From an uncultured Gaiellaceae bacterium (lineage in GTDB: Bacteria > Actinomycetota > Thermoleophilia > Gaiellales > Gaiellaceae), in assembly GCA_963740105.1 (NCBI GenBank), contig CAVUCT010000013.1, positions 6,359 through 70,358 of the forward strand: DNA of 64,000 nucleotides, written 5' to 3'. A model generated the notes under the pieces. It searched no databases, was not told the origin of the DNA, and was given only the letters and a program-made list of their open reading frames with translations. The number at the start of each line of letters is the position of its first letter. Position 1 is the stretch's first letter. Made by a program: the position numbers and the translations under genes. Positions 47,749-56,769 of this stretch are shown in pieces.

Positions 47749-48186
47749 ATGTCATGGACGAAGACCGCGCTCGATCGGCTGCGAGACGTCAGCGGGCGGA
47801 GTGGTGGGGCGCGACGCGTGGTCGTCGAGCTCCTCGGCGAGCAGGACTGTTGCCTCTCGGCGCACGAGATCCACGATCGTGTCCGTGCACGCGGTGCCCG
47901 GGTCGGGATCGCCAGCGTGTACCGCGCGCTCGACGGCATGGACGAGCTCGGGCTGGTGCAGCGAGTCGACCTGGGCGACGGCGTCGCACGCTACGAGCCC
48001 GCTCATGCGGGCGGCGACCACCATCATCACCTCGTCTGCGACGACTGCGGGAAGGTCGAGCCGTTCGAGGATCCGACGCTCGAGTCCGCAATCGAACGGG
48101 TCGCCGACGGGCGCGGCTACGTCGTGGCGGCGCACGACGTCGTCCTGCGCGGGGCGTGCGAGGATTGCCGGCACGGGCGTGACTGA
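47749..48186 (+). CDS. zur: Fur-family zinc uptake regulator (Zur)
   Basis: Last 145 codons of ORF 46819..48186: MSWTKTALDRLRD...IASVYRALDGMDELGLV...HHHHLVCDDCGKVEPF...GACEDC. Confidence 0.85.
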   Translation: MSWTKTALDRLRDVSGRSGGARRVVVELLGEQDCCLSAHEIHDRVRARGARVGIASVYRALDGMDELGLVQRVDLGDGVARYEPAHAGGDHHHHLVCDDCGKVEPFEDPTLESAIERVADGRGYVVAAHDVVLRGACEDCRHGRD

Positions 48187-48631
48187 CGAGCCGGCGCGAA
48201 CGACGATCGACGACCTTCTGCGCGACGCGCGCTCGAGGCTCGTCCGCCTCGAGCCCGACGACGCGCTCGCCGCGCAGCAGACAGGGGCGTTGCTCATCGA
48301 CACGAGATCCGCCGACGAGCGACAGCGCGAAGGCGTGATTCCGGGCGCGCTGCACATCCCGCTCTCCGTGCTCGAGTGGCGCCTCGACCCAGCTGCGAAC
48401 CAGGCGTTCCACAACCCCCACGTCGAGGGTCTCGACCAGCCGCTCGTGTTGGTGTGCGCGCACGGCTACTCGACGAGCCTGGCAGCGGCGAGGCTTCAGC
48501 AGCTCGGGTTCGGGCGTGCAACGGACGTCGTCGGAGGGTTCACGGCCTGGCGCGACGCCGGTCTGCCCGTGCGAGCCGACACGAACGACGGTCCGCCGGT
48601 GCCGGGCATGGGTGACCCCGACCCGTCGTAG
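48179..48631 (+). CDS. Single-domain rhodanese (sulfurtransferase)
   Basis: Last 150 codons of ORF 47801..48631, starting at GTG 48179 with an 8-nt overlap onto zur: LLIDTRSADERQREGVIPGALHIP, and the active-site loop VLVCAHGYSTS. Confidence 0.8.
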   Translation: MTDEPARTTIDDLLRDARSRLVRLEPDDALAAQQTGALLIDTRSADERQREGVIPGALHIPLSVLEWRLDPAANQAFHNPHVEGLDQPLVLVCAHGYSTSLAAARLQQLGFGRATDVVGGFTAWRDAGLPVRADTNDGPPVPGMGDPDPS

Positions 48632-48640
48632 AGTCCCCGC

Positions 48641-50071
48641 ATGACGGTCGAGCTCACGGGCGGAAGCCTCACGCTCGACGACGTCGTCCGGGTCGCACGT
48701 TTCGGCGAGCCCGTCGCGATCGCGCCCGATGCCACGGAGCGCATGCGCGCCGCTCGCGCGATCGTCGAGCACACCGCCGCCGAAGGCACGCCTGCCTACG
48801 GCGTGACGACAGGGGTTGGGATGCGCCGCGACGCGACGGTGGACGAGGCCGAGGCGCAGGCGTTCAACCGCTCGGCGATTTCGGGCCACCTCGTGGGCCT
48901 CGGCCCGCTGGCCCCGGAGGACGTCGTACGCGCCTCGCTGGTTCGACTGGCCAACACGATCGTCGCGGGATTTCAGGGTGCCCGCCCGGAGGTGGCCGAC
49001 GCGCTCGTCGCCGCGCTCAACACCGGTGAGGCGCCGTCGGTGCGCTCGCTCGGCACCGTCGGCCAGGCGGATCTGGCGCAGAATGCCGACCTCGCATACG
49101 GCGCACTCGGCTCCACCGAGCTCGAAGCGGGCGAAGCGCTGGCGCTGCTTGCCGGAAATTCGTTCTCGACCGGGCAGGCTGCGCTCGCGGTCGCGGACGC
49201 ACGCGCGCTGCTGGCCTGGATCGACATCGCCGCCGCCCTCGACTTCGAGGCGTTCCGGGCGAACATCGGCGCGCTGCACCCAGAGATCGCGGCTGCGCGA
49301 CCGTACCCGGGGATCCGCGCGACCCTCGATCGGATGCGCGCCCTGCTCGACGACAGCGCCCTGTGGGAACCAGACGCCGCGCGCTTCCTCCAGGATCCGC
49401 TCACGTTCCGCTGCGTGCCACAGGTGCACGGCGCGGCGCGGGACGCGCTGAGGTTCGTCGAGGAGCAGCTCGCAATCGAGCTCAACGCGCACCAGGGGAA
49501 TCCGCTCGTCGTCCTGGCTGAGCAGCGGCTCGTGTCGGTCGGGAACTTCGACTCGCAGCCGCTCGCCGCGGCGCTCGACTTCCTGCGCATCGCGTTCGCG
49601 CCCGTGCTGACGGCCGCGGTCGAGCGGGCGCTGAAGCTGCTGAGCCCCCGGTTCAGCGGCCTCAGCGAAGGACTGGTTGCCACCGAGGGCACCTGGCAGG
49701 ACGGCCTCTCCGAGCTCGGAGTCGCAGCCCAGGCGATCGCCGCAGAGGCACGGCTGCTCGCCCAGCCCGTCTCGTTCGAGCTGGCCTCGACGATGCAGGA
49801 GTCGGGCGTCGAAGACCGCACTGCCCTCTCGTCGCTCGGAGCGCGACGGCTGTCGGAGATGGTCGACCTCGGCGCGAGAGTCGTTGCGATCGAGCTCGTG
49901 GTCGCAGCCCAGGCCGTCGAGCTCAGAGGCGTGCGGGCGCTCGGGACCGGCGCCACGGCGGGACGGGCTTTCGTCCGGGAGCGCGTCCCGTACCTCACCT
50001 CGCACGAACAGATGCCGCTTCCGCTCGAGGACCTTGCCCTGGCGATCCGCTCCGGACCACCACCGGCGTGA
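48641..50071 (+). CDS. HAL/PAL-fold (aromatic amino acid lyase family) protein lacking the Ala-Ser-Gly MIO triad, paralogue 1
   Basis: ORF 48641..50071: YGVTTGVG, FLQDPLTFRCVPQVHGAARDAL, VGNFDSQPLAAALDFLRIA, GVEDRTALSSLGARRL. The MIO position reads SLGTVGQADLAQN instead of GSVGASGDLAPL. Confidence 0.85.
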   Translation: MTVELTGGSLTLDDVVRVARFGEPVAIAPDATERMRAARAIVEHTAAEGTPAYGVTTGVGMRRDATVDEAEAQAFNRSAISGHLVGLGPLAPEDVVRASLVRLANTIVAGFQGARPEVADALVAALNTGEAPSVRSLGTVGQADLAQNADLAYGALGSTELEAGEALALLAGNSFSTGQAALAVADARALLAWIDIAAALDFEAFRANIGALHPEIAAARPYPGIRATLDRMRALLDDSALWEPDAARFLQDPLTFRCVPQVHGAARDALRFVEEQLAIELNAHQGNPLVVLAEQRLVSVGNFDSQPLAAALDFLRIAFAPVLTAAVERALKLLSPRFSGLSEGLVATEGTWQDGLSELGVAAQAIAAEARLLAQPVSFELASTMQESGVEDRTALSSLGARRLSEMVDLGARVVAIELVVAAQAVELRGVRALGTGATAGRAFVRERVPYLTSHEQMPLPLEDLALAIRSGPPPA

Positions 50072-50934
50072 CGACGTACGACGTCCACCAGCACCTGTGG
50101 CCCGAGGGCTTCGTCGCAGCACTTCGCGCCCGCAACGCCCCGCCGTTCCTCGAAGGCGTCGCGCTCACGACCCAGGAGGGCAGGTTCGAGGTCGACCTCG
50201 GCGATCACGTGCTGGAACGGCGTCTCGACGTGCTCGACCGCGACGAGATCGACGTTGCCGTCCTCTCTCTGCAGACGAGCCTCGGGCTCGAGGCAGTGCC
50301 GGACGCCGATCGGACTGCGCTCGAGGAGGTCTGGGTCGAAGGGGCCCGGGCCGTGATAGCGGCAAGTGGCGGCCGGCTCAGGGCGTTCTCGCCGAGCACC
50401 GTGCGCGCCGACTTCGCGGGAGTGTCGCTCGGGTCCTCGCTGATCGCGGACTTCGACCGCGCGGCGTCGGTGCTGGACGACGCCGAGGCGGCGGGCATCG
50501 TCGTGTTCGTGCATCCGGACGCCGGGCGTGCGACCACACCGACGCGTGCGCCATGGTGGGACTGGGTCACGGGCTATCCGGCCCGGATGCAGGAGGCGTA
50601 CCTGGCGTGGCTCGCCTTCGGCCGCGAGCGCTGGCCGTCGCTTCGGGTGGTGTTCGCCATGCTCGCCGGAGGCGGCCCGTTCCAACTCGAGCGGCTCGCA
50701 CGCCGCGGCGTGGACGTCCGCTCGGCGCTCGACCCGAACACGTTCTTCGACGTCTCGACGCACGGACGCAGGGCGATCGAGCTCTGCGCGGAGACGTTCG
50801 GCGTATCGCAGCTCGTCTACGGCAGCGACACGCCCGTCGTCGACTCGCAGCCGACGCTTGATGCCGTCCGCGGGTTCGGAGATGCTGTGACGCACGTACT
50901 CCAGTCCGACACACCAACGCGCTTGCTGACGTGA
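50068..50934 (+). CDS. Amidohydrolase_2 (ACMSD-like metal-dependent hydrolase/decarboxylase) family protein
   Basis: ORF 50068..50934 has the N-terminal metal motif YDVHQHLWP, plus VFVHP and VYGSDTP. GTGA overlap with the upstream gene. Confidence 0.75.
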   Translation: MTTYDVHQHLWPEGFVAALRARNAPPFLEGVALTTQEGRFEVDLGDHVLERRLDVLDRDEIDVAVLSLQTSLGLEAVPDADRTALEEVWVEGARAVIAASGGRLRAFSPSTVRADFAGVSLGSSLIADFDRAASVLDDAEAAGIVVFVHPDAGRATTPTRAPWWDWVTGYPARMQEAYLAWLAFGRERWPSLRVVFAMLAGGGPFQLERLARRGVDVRSALDPNTFFDVSTHGRRAIELCAETFGVSQLVYGSDTPVVDSQPTLDAVRGFGDAVTHVLQSDTPTRLLT

Positions 50935-51458
50935 CTGATCTCGCGACCTGGCTCCGCGAACGCGTTCCTCCGGACACTGACCTGGAACGCCCGCGGATGG
51001 CGGAGCTCGCGGCCGAGCTCGTGGGCGCGGATCACCTCTGGAAGCAGAACGTCACCCACGACGCCGACTCACGCTTCTACCAGCAGCTCTACCGCGACCC
51101 CAACCTCGACGTCTGGCTCATCTGCTGGGTCGACGGCCAGAACACGGGCTACCACGACCACGACCGCTCGTCGGGTGCCGTGTGCGTCGCCGACGGGAGC
51201 CTGTACGAGGACTGGTTCCGGGTCGAGGAGGACGGGTGGGTGCGCGAGCACACGACGGTGCACGAGGCCGGCGGGCGCTTCGACTTCGACGCGTCGGACA
51301 TCCACGGCGTTCGGCACCCCGGGACTGGCGCAGAGCCGGCGACGTCGATCCACTTCTATTCGCCTGCGCTCTGGCGCATGGGCCACTACGAGCCGGGCCC
51401 GCGCGGAATGCGGCGGGTCGGTATGACGTACGCGGACGAGCTCCTCGGCGTCGCCTGA
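50931..51458 (+). CDS. Cysteine-dioxygenase-type (CDO_I) cupin, thiol dioxygenase-like
   Basis: ORF 50931..51458: WLICWVDGQNTGYHDHDRSSGAVCVADGSLYEDWF ... DIHGVRH ... SIHFYSP. Confidence 0.7.
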   Translation: MTDLATWLRERVPPDTDLERPRMAELAAELVGADHLWKQNVTHDADSRFYQQLYRDPNLDVWLICWVDGQNTGYHDHDRSSGAVCVADGSLYEDWFRVEEDGWVREHTTVHEAGGRFDFDASDIHGVRHPGTGAEPATSIHFYSPALWRMGHYEPGPRGMRRVGMTYADELLGVA

Positions 51459-51484
51459 GCCCGTTTCTCGGCATTCGCCCGAAT

Positions 51485-51503
51485 ACTGTGTACACGGTAC
51501 ACT
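51485..51503 (+). promoter_or_regulatory. Operator-like palindrome in the 116-nt gap before the second sub-operon (candidate GntR site)
   Basis: ACTGTGTACACGGTACACT contains the perfect palindrome GTGTACAC followed by the GGTACAC half-repeat, giving GT..AC cores as in GntR/FadR-type operators. A second AT-richer element, ATTACGTACGCTGTAT, lies at 62349..62364 just upstream of the gntR gene. Confidence 0.3.
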
Positions 51504-51574
51504 CGATCGCCATGGCTCATCGGCACAGTCGTGCGACCGGCCGTACCGTCACATGAGCCGGAGGTAGGCCGATC

Positions 51575-53012
51575 GTGGTCGTGCTGACAGGGGAGTCGCT
51601 GACGCTCGACGAGGTCGTGCGAGTCGCGCGAGGTCGCGAGCGCGTGGAGATCCATGCCGACTCGACGGCGAGGATGCTCGCGGCGCGCGCTGTAGTCGAG
51701 CATCACCTCCAAGTCGGCACTCCCGTGTACGGGATGACGACCGGCGTCGCCGCGCGCAAGCGCAACGCGGTTCTCCCCGAAGCGCAGGAGGATCACAACC
51801 GTCTCCTCATCGAGGCCTTGCTCGTCGGTCAGGGACCGGAGGTCTCCGAGGAGATCGTGCGAGCCACGGTCCTACGCCTCGTGAACGGCTTCACGCAGGG
51901 GAGCTCCGGCGTACGACCGGTGCTCGCCGAGCGCCTCGTCGATGCGCTCAACGACGAAGCCCTCCCAGCCGTCGCGCTGTACGGCTCGGTCGGCATGGGC
52001 GACATCGTGCCGATGGCGGAGCTGGGTCACGCGCTGCTCGGGGACCTGACGCTCGCCGCCAAGGAGGCCGTCTCACTCGTCGACAACGACGCCTTCGCGA
52101 CGGCAATTGCCGCGCTCGCGATCCACGACTACGGTCGGTTGCTGGATGCGTTCGACGCCGCCGGCGCGCTCGACCTCGAAGCTTTCGCCGCCAATCTCAG
52201 CATCCTCCACCTGGCCGTGGGTCGCGCGCGTCCCTATCCAGGCCTCCAGGCGACGATCGCAGCGCCTCCGCGATCTCCTCGACGGCAGCTCACTCTGGCG
52301 CGACGGCGCTGCCCGCAACCTCCAGGATCCACTGAGCTTCCGCTGCCTTCCGCAGGTACACGCCGCCGCCCGCGAGGCACTCGGATATGCCGAAAGCCAG
52401 CTCGCGATCGAGCTGAACGCATCTCAGGAGAACCCTCTCCTGGTGCGCGACGAGAACGTCATCTTCTCCGTCGGAAACTTCGATCCACTCGTGCTCGCAG
52501 GTGCGCTCGATTTTCTCCGAATCGCGCTTGCCCCCGTCGTCACCACGGCCTGCGAGCGGCTGATCAAGCTGATGCAGGCGCGCTTCTCCGGCCTTGTCGA
52601 CGGACTCTCGCGCTCTTCCGACACACCCGAGACCACCTTCCCGCACCTCCCGTACGTCGCTGCCGCGCTCACGGGGGAGGCGAGGCTGCTGGCGCAACCC
52701 GTCTCCTTCGAGCTGCCGTCGACGACGATCGCCGAGGGGATCGAGGACCGCATGACGTTCGCGCCGCTCGGGGCTCGGCGCCTCGCGGAGATGGTCGCGC
52801 TCGGAGAGCGCGTCGTCGCAGTGGAGCTGATCGTCGGCGCCCGGGCGGCCGAGCTCCGCGCGCCCGAGCGGCTCGGCACCGGGACTGCGGAGGTCGCTGC
52901 GCTCGTTCGAGCGCAGCTCGGAGCCCAGGGCGCCGCAGGTGGCCGGATCGACGTCGAGCCCGTCGTCGAGCTCGTGCGGAGCGGCACGCTCTCGCGTATC
53001 GGAGCTCCGTGA
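51575..53012 (+). pseudogene. HAL/PAL-fold protein lacking the MIO triad, paralogue 2, with one +1 frameshift near 52265; probable sequence error
   Basis: The N-terminal 230 codons are in the frame of ORF 51575..54709 (YGMTTGVA; MIO position YGSVGMGDIVPMA; ...RPYPGLQATIAA). The rest is in the frame of ORF 52107..53012 (LRDLLDGSSLWRDGAARNLQDPLSFRCLPQVH...GIEDRMTFAPLGARRL). Removing one C from gcgCCtccgc restores ATIAALRDLLDG, which is colinear with paralogue 1 (ATLDRMRALLDD). Confidence 0.8.
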
Positions 53013-54709
53013 GCGTCGTCCGAGCACGCGAGCCCGAGACCCTCGACGCAGTGACGCTCGAGGTGATCCGCCACGGGCTCGTCGCAGCCGCCGAGCAGAT
53101 GGCGACATCGATCGAACGCTCGGCGCACTCGCAGGTGATCCGCGAGATGCTCGACTACTCGACGGCGGTGTTCGACGTCGGTGGAGGCATCGTGGCGCAG
53201 TCGACGCGCATCCCCATGCATCTCAACTCGATGACGCGCGCGCTGCGGACGATCATCGGGCGGTTTCCGCTGGAGGGCTGGCGCACGGGCGACGTCTACG
53301 CGACGAACGACCCGTACTCGGGCGGACAGCATCTGCCGGACATCCAGACCTTCTCGCCCGTCGTCGTCGGCGACGCGCCGATCGCCATCGTGGGCACGCT
53401 CGGCCATCACCTCGACGTCGGTGGTCGGGCAGCCGCGAGCTACGGCGCGGACGCGACTGAGATCTACCAGGAGGGCTTTCGCATCCCGCCGTGCCGCATC
53501 GTTGCGGCCGGAGAGCCGAACGAGCTGTTCCTGCCGCTCTTCGAGAGCAACATCCGCGTCCCGCACAAGACGATCGCTGACCTCCGAGCTCAGATCGCGG
53601 CGCTCTCGATCGGTGCCGGAGACGTGATCCGGCTCGTGCGGCGCTACGGGGCCGAGGTCCTGACGGCGGCGACGCAGGCGCTCATCACGTCCTCGGAGCG
53701 ACGGATGCGGGCGGCCATCTCGACGCTTCCCGGCGGGATCTTCCGAGCCGACGACCTCGTGGACGGAGACGGGCTCGACGACGAGCCGGTGCGCGTGTGC
53801 GTCGCGGTCGAGCGGCGCGGCGACTCACTCCACGTCGACTTCACGGGTACGGCCCCACAGACACGCGGGCCGATCAACTCCCCCATCGCCTCGACCGAGT
53901 CGGCCGTCTACTACGCCGTCACCGCGATCCTCGACCCCGGCATCGCGCCGAATCACGGCAGCTATCTCCCCATCGAGGTCGAGGCTCCGTACGGGAGCGT
54001 CCTCAACCCGAAGCCCCCTGCTCCTGTGGTCGGTCGCAACGTGCTCACGCATCGCATCGCCACGGTGGTCATGGCCGCGCTCGGTGAAGCAGTCCCCGCG
54101 CGCGCAGTCGCGCCGTACTACGGAAACTCCAACGTCTACGTGCTCTCCACGGTCGACGACGGCGGTCGCGCGAACGTTCAGTTCGAGATCGAGGTCGGCG
54201 GCTGGGGTGGCCGACCGGGCCTCGACGGTCCGGACTGTCTCTCCGCCGGCATCCACAACCTCGCGAACAACCCGATCGAGCTCGTCGAGAACGAGTTTCC
54301 GTTGCGGGTGATCCGATACGCGCTTCGCCAGGACTCGGGCGGCGCGGGGCGCTATCGCGGGGGGTTGGGGGTCGAGCGCACCTTCGAGCTTCTCGCCGAC
54401 TGCGAGCTCTCGACGCAGTTCGACCGGGTCAAGTTCCCGCCGCCCGGGCTCCACGGGGGTGCTCCGGGCGCGCCAGCGCGGATCCTCGTCGAGCGAGACG
54501 GCGTGGTCAGCGAACTTCGCGGCAAGTCGAGCGGTGTGCCGTTGCAGCGTGGCGACCGCGTGACCGTGCTCACGCAGGGAGGCGGTGGACTCGGACCCGC
54601 GTCCGAGCGGGACGCGGACGCCATCGCACGGGATGTCGCGAGCGGGAAGGTCTCTTCCGAGGCGGCGCGCACCGCGTACCGCAGCCCCGCGGATGCGGAG
54701 GTCGCGTGA
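53009..54709 (+). CDS. Hydantoinase B/oxoprolinase family protein (HyuB-like subunit)
   Basis: Last 566 codons of ORF 51575..54709, starting at GTG 53009 (GTGA overlap): LDAVTLEVIRHGLVAAAEQM, DVYATNDPYSGGQHLPD, GGWGGRPGLDG, GGAGRYRGGLG. Confidence 0.88.
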   Translation: MSVVRAREPETLDAVTLEVIRHGLVAAAEQMATSIERSAHSQVIREMLDYSTAVFDVGGGIVAQSTRIPMHLNSMTRALRTIIGRFPLEGWRTGDVYATNDPYSGGQHLPDIQTFSPVVVGDAPIAIVGTLGHHLDVGGRAAASYGADATEIYQEGFRIPPCRIVAAGEPNELFLPLFESNIRVPHKTIADLRAQIAALSIGAGDVIRLVRRYGAEVLTAATQALITSSERRMRAAISTLPGGIFRADDLVDGDGLDDEPVRVCVAVERRGDSLHVDFTGTAPQTRGPINSPIASTESAVYYAVTAILDPGIAPNHGSYLPIEVEAPYGSVLNPKPPAPVVGRNVLTHRIATVVMAALGEAVPARAVAPYYGNSNVYVLSTVDDGGRANVQFEIEVGGWGGRPGLDGPDCLSAGIHNLANNPIELVENEFPLRVIRYALRQDSGGAGRYRGGLGVERTFELLADCELSTQFDRVKFPPPGLHGGAPGAPARILVERDGVVSELRGKSSGVPLQRGDRVTVLTQGGGGLGPASERDADAIARDVASGKVSSEAARTAYRSPADAEVA

Positions 54710-56769
54710 CCGGCGACTGGTACGTCGGGGTCGACATCGGGGGGACGTTCACCGACGTCGTCGCGGTCGACGGCGCGAGCGGCACGCTCCACCACCTCAA
54801 GGTGCCGTCATCGCGCTCCGATCCCGCGTCGGGATTCCTGCGCGGCCTGGAGGCGCTGCGCGACGAAGTCGGCGCGCAGAGCGAGGACGTACGACTGCTC
54901 CTGCACGGGACGACGCTCGCGACGAACGCGATCATCGAGCGCCGGCTCCCGACCACGGCGCTCGTCACCACGGAGGGGTTCCGGGACGTCCTCGAGATCG
55001 CGCGGCACTGGCGGCACGAGCTGTACGACCCGTTCCTCGAGCAGCAGCCGGCGCTGGTACCGCGTGAGCTGCGACTCGAGATCCGCGAGCGCGTCGGTGC
55101 AGACGGCACCGAGCTCGAGCCCGTCGACCTCGCGAGCGCCGACGCCGTGCTCGCCACGCTGGACGAGGCGGACGTCGAATCCGTCGCCGTCGCGTTCCTT
55201 CACTCCTATCGCAACGCTGACCACGAGCAGCAGATCGCAGCCATGCTGCGGGCACACGACGGCTGGTTCGTATGCGCCTCGACCGAGCTCTCCCGAGAGC
55301 TCCGTGAGTACGAGCGCACCGCGACGACGGTTCTCAACGCTGCGCTGATGCCGCTGGTCGACACCTATCTGACGCGACTCGAGTCGGCTCTCACGGACGT
55401 CGGCTGTGCCGCATCGCTCTTCGTCACGCAGTCGAACGGGGGTGCACTCACTCCCGCCGCGGCCAGATCGCGCCCCGTCACGCTCGCGCTGTCGGGGCCT
55501 GTCGCCGGCGTGGTCGCCTGCACCCGACTAGCGCAGACGACCGGCAACGCCGACCTCGTCTGCTTCGACATGGGTGGGACGAGCGCAGACGTCTCGGTGA
55601 TCGGAGGCTTCGAGCCGCGCACGAGCACCGAGCTGACGGTCGGCGAGATCCCGATTCGCCTCCCGGCGATCGACGTCTACTCGATCGGAGCCGGCGGAGG
55701 GTCGATCGCAGCGGTCGACAACGGCGGCGCGCTCCGCGTTGGGCCGGAGAGTGCCGGCTCGGAGCCAGGCCCCGCCTGCTATGGCCGCGGAGGCACGGCA
55801 CCGACGGTGACTGACTGCCAGCTGCTGCTCGGCCGGCTGACGCCGGACTTTCCGCTGGCGAGCCGCCTCGCGCTGGACGTCGAGCTCGCACGCGCAGCGA
55901 TCGAGCCGTTGGCCGAAGCGCTCAACCTGCAGTCGGACGAGACCGCCGCCGGAGCCATCGAGGTGGTGAACGCGGCCATGGAGGGCGCCGTTCGGGTGGC
56001 GCTTCGGAAGCGGGGGGATGACCCTCGAGATCACGCGCTCGTCGCCTTCGGCGGTGCCGGCCCACTCCACGCCGCCGAGCTCGCGCGGCGCCTCTCGATC
56101 GCAACCGTGATCGTCCCTCCGCATCCCGGAACCCTGTCCGCTCTCGGCCTGCTCACCGCGGACGTGCGACTCGACTTCGCGGCCAGCGAGCTGCACCGCA
56201 GCGACGAGGAGTCTCTCGCCGCCGCTCTCGTTGCGGTGTTCGCCGCGCTCATGGATCGCGCGCAGGCGGAGATCGACGCCGACGGCGCGCTCCGAACGAG
56301 GCGGTGCTCGTACGGCCAGTCGTGCGACATCCGCTACCTCGGCCAGGCATACGAGGTCACGGTGCCGGTCGACCTCGACCGGATCGCGACCGGCGACACG
56401 GCCGACATCTTCGACGACTTCCATGCGATGCACGAACGCGCCTACGGGTTCTCGAGCCCGGCCGAAGAATGCGAGATCGTGACGATGCGCCTCGTCGTCA
56501 CCGTCGCCGTAGACAAGCCGTCCCTCGAGGAACGGGCTCCGGCGAGCACTGCCGACCGAGTCGCACCGACGGTCCGTCCTGTCTACATGCCGGGCTCGGG
56601 GTGGGTAGACACAGCCATCCATGAGCGAGGCTCGCTCGAGCGCGGTACACGGCTCGACGGCCCAGCCGTCGTTCACCAGGCGGACTCGACGACATTCGTG
56701 CCGCCGTACGCGACGCTCGCCGTCGACGAACATGGCAACCTCGTGCTGACCATCGAGGAGAGCGCCTGA
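54706..56769 (+). CDS. Hydantoinase A/oxoprolinase family protein (HyuA-like, ATP-binding subunit)
   Basis: ORF 54706..56769: YVGVDIGGTFTDVV, LLHGTTLATNAIIER, CFDMGGTSADVS, SIGAGGGSIA. Confidence 0.9.
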   Translation: MTGDWYVGVDIGGTFTDVVAVDGASGTLHHLKVPSSRSDPASGFLRGLEALRDEVGAQSEDVRLLLHGTTLATNAIIERRLPTTALVTTEGFRDVLEIARHWRHELYDPFLEQQPALVPRELRLEIRERVGADGTELEPVDLASADAVLATLDEADVESVAVAFLHSYRNADHEQQIAAMLRAHDGWFVCASTELSRELREYERTATTVLNAALMPLVDTYLTRLESALTDVGCAASLFVTQSNGGALTPAAARSRPVTLALSGPVAGVVACTRLAQTTGNADLVCFDMGGTSADVSVIGGFEPRTSTELTVGEIPIRLPAIDVYSIGAGGGSIAAVDNGGALRVGPESAGSEPGPACYGRGGTAPTVTDCQLLLGRLTPDFPLASRLALDVELARAAIEPLAEALNLQSDETAAGAIEVVNAAMEGAVRVALRKRGDDPRDHALVAFGGAGPLHAAELARRLSIATVIVPPHPGTLSALGLLTADVRLDFAASELHRSDEESLAAALVAVFAALMDRAQAEIDADGALRTRRCSYGQSCDIRYLGQAYEVTVPVDLDRIATGDTADIFDDFHAMHERAYGFSSPAEECEIVTMRLVVTVAVDKPSLEERAPASTADRVAPTVRPVYMPGSGWVDTAIHERGSLERGTRLDGPAVVHQADSTTFVPPYATLAVDEHGNLVLTIEESA

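Noticed and set aside
51575-54709. Possible natural 1044-aa fusion of a HAL-like lyase with HyuB.
   Set aside because: The middle ~250 codons are Arg/Pro-rich out-of-frame text. The true lyase C-terminus is in another frame (ORF 52107..53012) and ends in a GTGA overlap with a GTG start for hyuB. The apparent fusion is a by-product of one extra base.
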